From the NCBI GenBank assembly GCA_963803145.1, contig CAWDLW010000029.1, positions 1 through 45,281 on the forward strand: DNA of 45,281 bases. Reading direction: 5' to 3'. Position numbers and translations under genes: made by a program. Source of the stretch: Methanotrichaceae archaeon (GTDB taxonomy: Archaea > Halobacteriota > Methanosarcinia > Methanotrichales > Methanotrichaceae). The notes beneath the pieces were generated by a model. The model did no database searches. It was not told the origin of the DNA and saw only the letters and a list, made by a program, of their open reading frames with translations. Below, piece by piece: positions 10,536 through 19,672 of this stretch (the first letter of the stretch is position 1; every line of letters begins with the position of its first letter).

Positions 10536-10610
10536 TATAAAGTTCTAATCGAAATAGAATATAGGCAGAGCTAAAAAAGTTAAACTAGTAATTTCTGTTT
10601 ATAGAATATT
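10536..10610 (-). promoter_or_regulatory. Bipartite promoter module, copy 1
   Basis: 28/29 identity to 26381-26409 plus 17/20 identity to 26436-26455 at identical spacing; contains TTTATA box on the minus strand. Confidence 0.8.
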
Positions 10611-10727
10611 CGCCTAACATTATCTGCCGAAGCAGAAACAATAGTGCAATCTGGTCACCTATGGCTAGGTCTTTAAGGTGATTCATCGAAAATCAGGGCA
10701 GTGTGCTATATTTGCAGTTATTTGGAA

Positions 10728-10793
10728 GTGTGGGCAACAGGCAAGACTCTCGAAGAGTGCCGCAAGGAGCTTATCTCGGCTATCGAGGGCTGA
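10728..10793 (+). pseudogene. HicB-family antitoxin fragment
   Basis: VWATGKTLEECRKELISAIEG-stop resembles the HicB core (GxTxEE); no start codon; truncated at the hairpin element. Confidence 0.65.
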
Positions 10794-10845
10794 AGGGATG
10801 ATGAAGCGGATATCGAGCCAATACGAGGAGGGTCATCCCTTCGCC
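10791..10845 (+). repeat. 55-bp conserved hairpin element, copy B
   Basis: Stem GAAGGGATGA/TCATCCCTTC; compensatory change versus copy A. Confidence 0.8.
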
Positions 10846-10900
10846 GTTTGCTGAGCTGAGATATATATTTGATCTCACAGAATATTCGTGCTCTGATGTG

Positions 10901-11040
10901 ATTATAAACATTTTCCATATAAAGTAAATATACATGTTATCAGACTATATCCTATATATTTTATAGATACTATAATTTCCACTGGAAATTAAGGGGTTAA
11001 TCTACACCCCTTAATTAAGCTTAAAGGCGACTGTAAGATA
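10901..11040 (+). repeat. ORB-like dispersed module, copy 4
   Basis: TTCCACTGGAAATTAAGGGG at 10977-10996; perfect 11-bp hairpin AATTAAGGGGT/ACCCCTTAATT. Confidence 0.9.
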
Positions 11041-11706
11041 ATCCGAAAGCTTGGATTTTGGGTTTGTCCTGCAAATATGACGGCTAATTAGTGAAGACTG
11101 TAGCCAATGAACTATCGCAGCTTACAATATATTATAACTCACACAAAAAATGCCTAGTTCGAATCTTTTTCCACCTGCAGTCAATTTATCAAACGGTCTA
11201 TCTTAATCTTATACTGTCAGAAGTATGTATATAGTGTAATTGCTCAATGCCAATCTATTATCACTATTTGTTATATTTGGACAATCTATATATTTTATCC
11301 AAAGGCATGACAATTCTATGGGCAGCAAGTCTGCTCCATAAGTGGAATCTCCTTCAGGTGTGAATTGGCTGCATAGAGGATTTTTATCGCATCCTAAACT
11401 GCATCTGCTCTTGGCTTGGTGCGGTAAATCCTCTAAATACCTCTTAATTAGAAGCTTAATAAACTCATCTTGTCTCTATTCTAGTATTCCTCCAAGTCTT
11501 CTTGTTCTCTGGACGCCAAATGACAATAGAATAAGTAAATCTACAGAGGACATTTTACTTCTTATTCTATTTAGGCAAACGATATATTTCGCCTGGGCAA
11601 CCATTTTTAGAGGACCATTAACATATTCCTCAATTAGGACAAAATCGCGCAAAAATTTAGAAGATTTAGAGGATTTCTTGAATATGATAAAGTAAGGAGG
11701 ATAAGA

Positions 11707-12036
11707 ATGGAGCTGTTAATAGATGATAGGGATAACTTCTTCAATGCTTGTCAGAATTTGGTTTGCGCAGATCCAAGAGATCTCTCACTAAAAGAAAGGA
11801 TTGGGATGCTTAAGATCATGAGGGCTGCTATGATCTATCTGACAAGAATAGGGAGACAACTACTTGAGGGGACTGATAATGAAAATTTCTATGATTTTCA
11901 TGTTGCGCGCCAAATAAGCTGCAAAGACTTTGGATTTATCGGCAGGTCATCATTGGAGTACCTTGATGAGATAATTGATGATTTGGAGGACGAATTAGAC
12001 GTATCAGAAGGTTTAAAAGAATCCGAAGGGGATTAA
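11707..12036 (+). CDS. Hypothetical 109-aa protein with acidic C-terminus
   Basis: AGGAGG RBS, ATG start, natural-looking composition; no family recognised. Confidence 0.7.
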   Translation: MELLIDDRDNFFNACQNLVCADPRDLSLKERIGMLKIMRAAMIYLTRIGRQLLEGTDNENFYDFHVARQISCKDFGFIGRSSLEYLDEIIDDLEDELDVSEGLKESEGD

Positions 12037-12516
12037 TAAGAGGGTATCACAAGAATGAACCAGATATCATATCAATATTTAAGAGTACTTATGCTATTTT
12101 ATTTAAATAAGTTCCTCGACTGCCTCAAAGCATTCTCCTAATAGGCGTTATTGCCGGAATTTGTGGCCGTCGTTGCGTTGTCTACTATCACGGGCAATCC
12201 AGATCCATTTATAGTGCATCCTTAAATTTACTTCCCGACAAAATAAGCATTAAGAAATCTGATGGCTGGGAAGATTTAGCTATGTATGAGGGGATCTCTA
12301 GGCCCATAGCCATTGCTACCGCCCTCTTGAACCTGGCATTTTCTCTATTATGTATGGATGAGAACCTTGCTTACCAATGACATTTGAAATGGCCTTCAAT
12401 ACAATTTGAGGTTGACCAGTTAGCATATTCCCAAATTAATATATACTATAAACATTAACATTTATCAAAACTATAGGCATTCTATAGATATTTTGTAAGG
12501 AGTTTATGTAAGGAGC

Positions 12517-13320
12517 TTGATGCCAATGATATACTTATCGGCTATATTGGTTATTGTTTTCTTGGCGAGTTTGACATTAATCAGCGTTCAGGCGCAACAA
12601 TCATCGTCTCCAGCAGTTCCAAACGTGGTCCTGGTGCATGGCGCATGGGCGGACGGATCGAGCTGGAGCAAGGTCATTCCGCTGCTGCAGGAAAAGGGCT
12701 ATAACGTTACCGCTGTGCAGATTCCTTTGACCTCGTTAGCTGATGACGTTAATGTGACGAGTCATGTATTATCTATGCAAAAGGGTCCTGTAATTCTCGT
12801 CGCCCATTCATATGGCGGCGTTGTGATAACTGAAGCAGGAGCCAATGCATCTAATGTTGTCGGACTGGTTTATATTACTGCGTTCGCCCCCGATACTGGT
12901 GAAGCCCTCGGACAGCTCAATGCCCGGATGCCACCTGCTCCTGGCCTGGCAAACATTCGTCCCGATGCCTACGGATTCCTGTGGATTGACCCTAAAGCCT
13001 TTCCAGATTCATTCGTTCAGGACGTCGATCCTGTTCAAGCCAGGATTATGGCAGCAGTACAAAAGCCGCTTAATTCAAGCATTTTCGGCGAAAAAGTCAC
13101 CCAGGCAGCCTGGAAATCTAAGCCCTCCTGGTATCTGGTATCAGAGAACGACAGGATGATCAATCCCGACTTAGAGCGCTTTATGGCGAAACGAATAGGG
13201 GCAAAGGAAGTTGTTTCGATACCATCCAGCCATGCCTCGCTGGTATCGCATCCTAATGAGGTAACCAGGCTGATAACGGACGCGGCAAATGCTACCGCAA
13301 ATGCCACGGCAACCAAATAG
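12517..13320 (+). CDS. Secreted alpha/beta hydrolase (Abhydrolase_6-like)
   Basis: Signal peptide; [13 protein letters not shown]; AHSYGG nucleophile elbow; D and H of the triad (DRMI, SSHAS). Confidence 0.9.
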   Translation: MMPMIYLSAILVIVFLASLTLISVQAQQSSSPAVPNVVLVHGAWADGSSWSKVIPLLQEKGYNVTAVQIPLTSLADDVNVTSHVLSMQKGPVILVAHSYGGVVITEAGANASNVVGLVYITAFAPDTGEALGQLNARMPPAPGLANIRPDAYGFLWIDPKAFPDSFVQDVDPVQARIMAAVQKPLNSSIFGEKVTQAAWKSKPSWYLVSENDRMINPDLERFMAKRIGAKEVVSIPSSHASLVSHPNEVTRLITDAANATANATATK

Positions 13321-13331
13321 GAGGATATCAA

Positions 13332-14153
13332 ATGTCCGCAATCAAAACCAAAGATGGAACGAAAATTTATTATAAGGACTGGGGCAGTGGACAGCCTATT
13401 GTCTTCAGCCACGGCTGGCCGCTCTCTGCAGATGCGTTTGAAGACCAGATGTTCTTTCTGGCCTCTCGTGGATACCGCTGTATCGCCCATGACCGCCGGG
13501 GACATGGCCGATCGAGCCAGCCATGGAATGGCAATGATATGGACACCTATGCCGATGACCTCGCGGAGCTTGTCGAAGCGCTCGATCTGAAGAATGCAAT
13601 TCATGTCGGCCATTCCACCGGGGGCGGCGAAGTCGCACGCTATATCGGCCGCCATGGCACGAAGCGCGTGGCCAAGGCTGTGCTGATTGGCGCTGTTCCC
13701 CCACTGATGCTGAAGACGGCCGCCAATCCGGGAGGATTGCCTATCGAGGTGTTCAATCAGAACCGTGCCGCCGTCCTTGCCGACCGTTCGCAGTTCTGGA
13801 AGGATCTCAGCATGCAGTTCTATGGCTATAACCGACCGGGAGCAAAGATCTCTGAGGGCGTGCGTGAATCGTTCTGGCTCCAGGGGATGATGGCTGGCTT
13901 GCCGGCATCCTACTTCTGCATCAAGGCTTTCTCTGAGACGGATTTCACTGAGGATCTCAAGAAGATCGATGTGCCGACGCTCATCCTCCACGGCGACGAC
14001 GATCAGATAGTGCCGATAGGGGCTTCGGCTCTGATGTCATCCAAGCTAGTCAAGGGCGCCACGCTGAAGATTTACAAGGGTGCGCCGCACGGCATGTGTA
14101 CGACCCTCAAGGACAAGGTCAACGCTGACCTGCTTGCTTTCATCAAAGCGTGA
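13332..14153 (+). CDS. cpo: Non-heme chloroperoxidase/perhydrolase (alpha/beta hydrolase)
   Basis: [49 protein letters not shown]; markedly GC-rich. Confidence 0.92.
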   Translation: MSAIKTKDGTKIYYKDWGSGQPIVFSHGWPLSADAFEDQMFFLASRGYRCIAHDRRGHGRSSQPWNGNDMDTYADDLAELVEALDLKNAIHVGHSTGGGEVARYIGRHGTKRVAKAVLIGAVPPLMLKTAANPGGLPIEVFNQNRAAVLADRSQFWKDLSMQFYGYNRPGAKISEGVRESFWLQGMMAGLPASYFCIKAFSETDFTEDLKKIDVPTLILHGDDDQIVPIGASALMSSKLVKGATLKIYKGAPHGMCTTLKDKVNADLLAFIKA

Positions 14154-14405
14154 GCGAGCGTTGGCTAAAATCAAAGTCCTATCACGGCCACCGGCACACT
14201 TCGCTCTGACTTTCCCTATGTTGCGCTGCCGGTATCCGCAGGAACGTGAAGCCACCGATGAGCAACATGACCTTTTCATCGCCCGGGCTGGACGAGCCCC
14301 AACTTCGTCGGGACCACAACCCCGACTGTCCTCGAGACGCACGGGAAGAGTCTATCTGATCGCTGACTGACCGTATGACTCCTAGGTAGCTATCCAAAAA
14401 CATAT

Positions 14406-14585
14406 ATGCGATTCATGTTGGCCATTCGACGGGCGGCGGCGAAGTCGTCCGTTGTATCGGCCACCACGGTACCAAGCGCGTGGCCAAGGCCGTGATGATT
14501 GGTGCGGTTCCGCCATTAATGCTGAAGACGGCCACTAATCCATGAGAATGCCAATTGAGGCGTTCAATCATCAAAGCGTGAGCGA
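14406..14585 (+). pseudogene. Internally deleted second copy of the chloroperoxidase gene
   Basis: [45 protein letters not shown] matches 13594-13759, then jumps to the gene end ATCAAAGCGTGAGCGA (14142-14157). Confidence 0.88.
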
Positions 14586-14670
14586 CTGTTAATCAGCAGG
14601 GTCAGCTTCGATTTGGATCTCTCTCTGAGCGGATGCAAGATCTGTAAAGATAACCTGCAAACGCTGGGAA

Positions 14671-14761
14671 GGCCGCCGCATAACCATAGTAGGCTATGGA
14701 TCATGCACAGGCCTTCAAGTGCATGAGCATCTACGGCGATACCTGGAACGGTAATGGCTTT
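14671..14761 (+). pseudogene. Papain-like (C1A) peptidase C-terminal relic
   Basis: GRRITIVGYGSCTG / frameshift / FKCMSIYGDTWNGNGF resembles GHAITIVGY..F.C.NSWG..WG.NG; catalytic H and N positions decayed. Confidence 0.5.
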
Positions 14762-14775
14762 GAGACTTTGAGATT

Positions 14776-15423
14776 ATGCACGTTCAACCTACAGAGTATC
14801 CAGATCCAGAGTATCAAGAGCATATACTAAATACAGATCGTTTGATGGCGCTGGCAGACGGTATCTTCGCCTTTGCCATGACACTGCTGGTGCTCAATAT
14901 CGATGTTCCTACGAGCATACTCGTGACCTCTGCCAACATGGCCATATCTCAATACCTGATAAATCTCATGCCCAAGTTAGGGATTTATGTCATTGCATTT
15001 CTATCATTAGGAGCATTATGGTTCGGGCACCAGAGGCTATTCCATTTCTTCAAGTACATTGATGCCAGGCTCCTCTGGATTAACGTCATTTTTTTGATGC
15101 TCATTGCACTTGTACCCTTCACCACAAACCTGGGCGGAGAGTATGGCAATTACCAGATGGGCATCCTGCCGATGGACATGGATCTCCTGGTGATAACCTT
15201 TATCTTCATCTATCAGTGGCACTATATCTTATCCAGACCTAAGCTGCTTAGCCATGAGCTTAATCCCTTGGAGGTAGCCAGAATCAAGGAGAGGTATATT
15301 GTTCAGACCGCCATGTGCCTAGCGGCTATAAGCATCTCTTTCTTCAGTCCTGCATGGAGTACATTGCCGTTTATCCTCATTCCCTATCTCTCCATAAGCA
15401 AAAGATATCGGCTGATCAAATGA
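14776..15423 (+). CDS. TMEM175-family (DUF1211) potassium channel-like membrane protein
   Basis: RLMALADGIFAFAMTLLVLNI, WxxHxRxF, LVPFTT; about six hydrophobic segments. Confidence 0.88.
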   Translation: MHVQPTEYPDPEYQEHILNTDRLMALADGIFAFAMTLLVLNIDVPTSILVTSANMAISQYLINLMPKLGIYVIAFLSLGALWFGHQRLFHFFKYIDARLLWINVIFLMLIALVPFTTNLGGEYGNYQMGILPMDMDLLVITFIFIYQWHYILSRPKLLSHELNPLEVARIKERYIVQTAMCLAAISISFFSPAWSTLPFILIPYLSISKRYRLIK

Positions 15424-15450
15424 TGGTTTAGAGGTGATTAAACTATAAGC

Positions 15451-15876
15451 CTATTCAGTCGGCCCTGCTGCGGTTCTCACAAGCTCTCCTATGACAGAGA
15501 TATTTTTCAATAGCTCATCGGGCAGACCATGGCGCTCTTTAAGATATTCCGGTTTATTGTAAGAAAGCCAGACTTTTCCCTGTTCATCCTCCCAGACTAA
15601 AACCTTTAGAGGTAGATCTATAGCTATACTGGGCGTTGCCAAAATCAATGGCGTTCCCGCCTTGGGATTGCCGAACATCAACATCTGCGATGGCCGCATC
15701 TTCAGGCCTGCTTTTTCTGCGTCATCTTTGAAGTTGATATGGGCAAAGATTTTCAATCCTTTCCGATTAACTAAAGATGTAAGTCTATCAATGGTTCCCT
15801 GGATTGAATGCTCGCTTAAAACGCTAGCGATGCCTTTATCCTCGTCATGCACACACATATTGACCTCCGCTAGCAT
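15451..15876 (-). CDS. DUF302-family protein
   Basis: IFAHIN..AGLKMRP..FGNPKAGTPL..LPLKVLVWED..VWLSY. Confidence 0.88.
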   Translation of the reverse strand: MLAEVNMCVHDEDKGIASVLSEHSIQGTIDRLTSLVNRKGLKIFAHINFKDDAEKAGLKMRPSQMLMFGNPKAGTPLILATPSIAIDLPLKVLVWEDEQGKVWLSYNKPEYLKERHGLPDELLKNISVIGELVRTAAGPTE

Positions 15877-16201
15877 ACTATTTTTAATGCTCTTTATATA
15901 AGAAATTTTATGACGATCTATCTCTAAGGTATTCCTACAATTTATAGTTGTATTATCAATCCATCAACGGGAGGTCTCTTCATTATATTGACTACAATGA
16001 TAATTCATCCTGCATGCACTCTATGGAAAGATTCGAGAATCTGAAAATCGCGTAAGATAGAAATAGATATCTATTTTATTGAATTTAAACAGCGATCAAA
16101 CTATTTATCGAAAGTGCTGAAGAACTCAACTTCAAAACACACTGATTCCAAGATATCTGAAGTTTTCTATAACCTTTTTCAAAAAAAGTTTGATTGTAGA
16201 A

Positions 16202-17925
16202 TTAGTTATTGGTGTTGGGGTTGGTCAAGAACAATATGTTTCTGCCCGTGTCGTACTTCCAAGTAAAGCCGAAGAGCATGTTCATGTCGTCACCTGTGAT
16301 AAGGAAGTTCTTGCTGCTATCGACAACGACGTTATCCGGCAGAATAACCTGGGCCTTGCCCAGCGTTGCTTTGGCGCTGGCATTTGTTAAGACGACAGTA
16401 TGGACTTTGCCGTCCGACCAGACAATCCCTGTCCCGGTATAATCCTGCACAATAAGAGATAACGTCTCATTACTGCTCGATACTGACTCCGAACCGCCAA
16501 GGACCTCAACCACAGGTTTGATGGGGAAGTACCACTTGCCGTTGATCTGAGATGGGAAATTCGGCACCAATGGCTGATTGAGCAAAGCGCCGTTGACGGC
16601 CAGCCTGGGATTGTTGTACTTCGGTGGCACAGCGGTCTTAGGCATGTCTCCACTCGTTTTATCTATTGTGTAGTCATCAGCGAGCGTTCCATCCATCTTG
16701 TAGTTCTTTATCTCCATCCGGGACGCGTTGACGTCTACGACAATATAATTCGGCATATCCTGCGGGTCAAAGAAGTTTGCATCCCATACTTTCGGCACAT
16801 TATCGTTATAGTACTTGGCACCGCTTCTTCCAGTTATCACATAAACAGTGCCCAAAGCTGGAGAGCTTACTTCAGTATCGTTCTTGATGGGATAGGTCCG
16901 AGAATAGCAATGGTCATGGCCATTAAACACTACATCAACATGGTACTTGTCGAGGATGGGACCAAAAGCGGCCTTGATATCTTCGTATGTCCTGTAGGCC
17001 TTGGTGTAATAGGGCGTCTTGTGCCAGAAGACCACTTTCCAATCCTTCTTGGTTTGGTTCAGGTCTTTCTCCAGCCAAGCCTTTTCATCATTCACAAGAT
17101 TCGGGTGGAATTTCTGTTCCTCAAGGAACTGGCTATCAAGCACTACAAAATGCACATTTCCATAGTCGTACGAATATACTCTCGACTGTTGTTATAAGGA
17201 CCGTTATTCGGCACATTGAACTGGCCTTCGTAGAGCGTTGGCACTGTCTTATTGTTGTTCATGTCATAGGTCTCGTGATTTCCTTCGACTGGCATATAGG
17301 AGATCGAATTAATAACGCCTTTATCTGCTGCGAACCAGTTATTCCAGTGGGCATTGGATTGTCCAACTTCCACTGCATCCCCCACATTTACAAAGAAGCT
17401 GGCATCAGGGTTGGTTTTGGATGCGTTCTGGACAGTAGATTGCCAGGGTTTATAATCAGGCTTCTTGGCATCCCCACTCTGGCTGTCCCCGAAGACCAAG
17501 AACTTGAATTGATTGGTGTTATTGTTCTCGGTTCTAAAGGAGTATATTGGGCTCCAATTTTTCTTGCCATCGCCGACTCTGTAGTAGTATTGGGTTCCGG
17601 GCTTTAAATTGGTGAGCGTAGCCGTTGAGATGTTCTCATCACCAAGATCGGTTTTCAGTGTGCCTACATGAGCGGATTTAGTCATGTTATCTTTAAGTTC
17701 GCTATCCGTGCCGTATTGGACGATGCCTGTCCCAACAGTGCTATCTGTCCTCCAGGTCACAGCCTGTGTTGTCATAGGATCGCTGACCCATGATAAAGTG
17801 ATGTGATCAGGAACAGCTGTAGCATTAACACTAGTTGTCTGAGTGCCAGGCTGATCTGCGCCAAAGGCTCCTGTTAATGAGGTGATTATCACTATCAGAA
17901 AGACTATTCCAATGCCTAACTTCAT
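16202..17925 (-). pseudogene. Frameshifted secreted purple-acid-phosphatase-like metallophosphoesterase (FN3-like + Metallophos + C-terminal domain)
   Basis: GDSQ, GD and GNHE motifs in ORF 17143-17925; VYSYDYGNVHFVVLDS and GHDH in the shifted frame; break at ~17178-17191. Confidence 0.85.
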
Positions 17926-18476
17926 CTTCTTCCTCCTTGAAGTTAACTAAGCGTTGTCACCACAAAAGAGAAATATACCTTTTGATCATAGAATATATTG
18001 GTATATTTACAATTGATGAATGACATGTGGGAATAGAATGTATAGATAAAAAATAGATCAAAATACTTAATGTTTATGATCGTTCTCTATATTTATCGAG
18101 ACACTTAGGTTCTGCTCAACACCTATGAGTATGAAGATGGAGATGATTCCTAGAGCGGCTCTTCATATCACATGGAAATTGTATTTACGATTGTGCTAAA
18201 ATCTATATAGATTCAGGATTGAATTATTGGATATATGTTTTATTTAGGAAAAATATATGAAGGGATTGACTATGTTTGTATATAAATGAGGGCAGATACA
18301 AAGGTAAATATCGTTATGTATGTTAGTGCTATCATCCTTCTTCTATTTCTAGTAGTTTACCATTTTTATACAGGAAGATCCATAAAGATATAATGCAAGA
18401 TTCTGGGTTTTCTTATGATATTCCCTGCCTGTAAACATAAACGCCGCAATAAAATTGGAAGCTTGAACTGATAAAT

Positions 18477-19484
18477 ATGGAGACACGGAAAGTACAGAGA
18501 ACTGGGAAATCCACATTTGTGGTTTCTATTCCAAAAGTTTGGGCAACGAAGAATGGGATACAGAACGGCTCGATAATCTACATCAATCAAGGAGATAATG
18601 GAGTCCTGGTTCTATCCTCAGAACGATCAGAAAAGCATCTAAAAATCAAGCTAGACATTGGAAATAAATCAGGTGATCCATTGATCAGGGATATAATCGC
18701 CTGCTATCTGGCAGGCCATAGGACTATAGAGATCACCTCCAGTCATATGACTTCTGCCCAAAAGAAAGATCTGCATAAGATAGTGGATAAGCTTCTAGGT
18801 CCGGAAATCCTCGAGGAGACAGTCAATAAAGTTGTCATTGATGATCTACTGAGCTCGGAGGAACTCCCTGCGGAGAAGGCTTTGAGAAGAATCAAGACAT
18901 TGACAACATCCATGATCAATGATAGCATGACCGCCTTGTTAACAGGTGATAAGGATTTGGCAGCTGATGTTGTTCAGAGGGATAATGATGTTGATCGCCT
19001 GAATCTATTGATCTCTCGTCAATTCACTGAGATTTTGAGATATGGATCAATAAGTAAAGCGAGTCACAATCCGATAACTGCCCTTTACTATATGCAGGCG
19101 GCATCTAACCTTGAGAGGATCGCAGACCATGCATTGAAGATCTCACAGATCGCAGGAGATCAGAGCAGCAGCCTCCCTAAAGAGATAAAGGATGAGCTTA
19201 TCACATTGAAATCGACATTCTCGAACCTTATTGAAGAGTCGATTTCCGCCCTTCTTCAAAGCGACTCAACTAGAGCCAACAAAATTATAGATAAAATAAA
19301 GGAAGCTCAAACTTGCTCCCAAATCATGGCTAATTCCACTAAAGCAAAGAACGGTGAGGATATGCTTGTCAGGCTTGTTGTGGCCAGCAGCATTGAACGT
19401 ATACTTGATTATATAATGAACATCGGCGAGCTAACAGTAAACCTGAGCAACTCAAATCTGGATATAGATGCAAAAAAAGGTTAG
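18477..19484 (+). CDS. phoU: Phosphate uptake regulator, AbrB-type DNA-binding domain plus two PhoU domains
   Basis: METRKVQxTGxSTFVVSIPKxWA N-terminus; DNDVDRL, LERIADH, IERILDY motifs. Confidence 0.92.
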   Translation: METRKVQRTGKSTFVVSIPKVWATKNGIQNGSIIYINQGDNGVLVLSSERSEKHLKIKLDIGNKSGDPLIRDIIACYLAGHRTIEITSSHMTSAQKKDLHKIVDKLLGPEILEETVNKVVIDDLLSSEELPAEKALRRIKTLTTSMINDSMTALLTGDKDLAADVVQRDNDVDRLNLLISRQFTEILRYGSISKASHNPITALYYMQAASNLERIADHALKISQIAGDQSSSLPKEIKDELITLKSTFSNLIEESISALLQSDSTRANKIIDKIKEAQTCSQIMANSTKAKNGEDMLVRLVVASSIERILDYIMNIGELTVNLSNSNLDIDAKKG

Positions 19485-19672
19485 AATAATTATCCTTCGA
19501 GATTTTTAGTCTCAGTCAGGAGAGAACTTATATTGCTATGGGATTTTGGCTCTTTGCTTAGCCAAATCCATATGCTGAAGCCCATATGGAACAAGAGAGG
19601 TGACAGCAAAATTGATGTCCATGGAATAGTGCTTTAACTATACTAATATGCCAATTATATAAACACTACAAC

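Noticed and set aside
10798-10854. Possible C/D-box sRNA (ATGATGA ... CTGA)
   Set aside because: No convincing C'/D' spacing, the homologous copy at 5691 lacks the C box, and the C box is buried in the stem.
14-11040. Dispersed repeats read as a CRISPR array or classical integron attC sites
   Set aside because: Units are ~140 bp and up to kilobases apart, there are no cas genes, and neither repeat family has paired RYYYAAC/GTTRRRY ends.
11152-11175. GTTCGAATC as a tRNA T-loop or att-site relic
   Set aside because: The T-stem cannot form (CCTAG versus CTTTT) and there is no cloverleaf.
11342-11695. 117-aa ORF on the + strand
   Set aside because: No RBS or recognisable motif; composition resembles non-coding or decayed sequence.
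13035-13991. 318-aa antisense ORF
   Set aside because: Shadow of the GC-rich hydrolase genes on the opposite strand.
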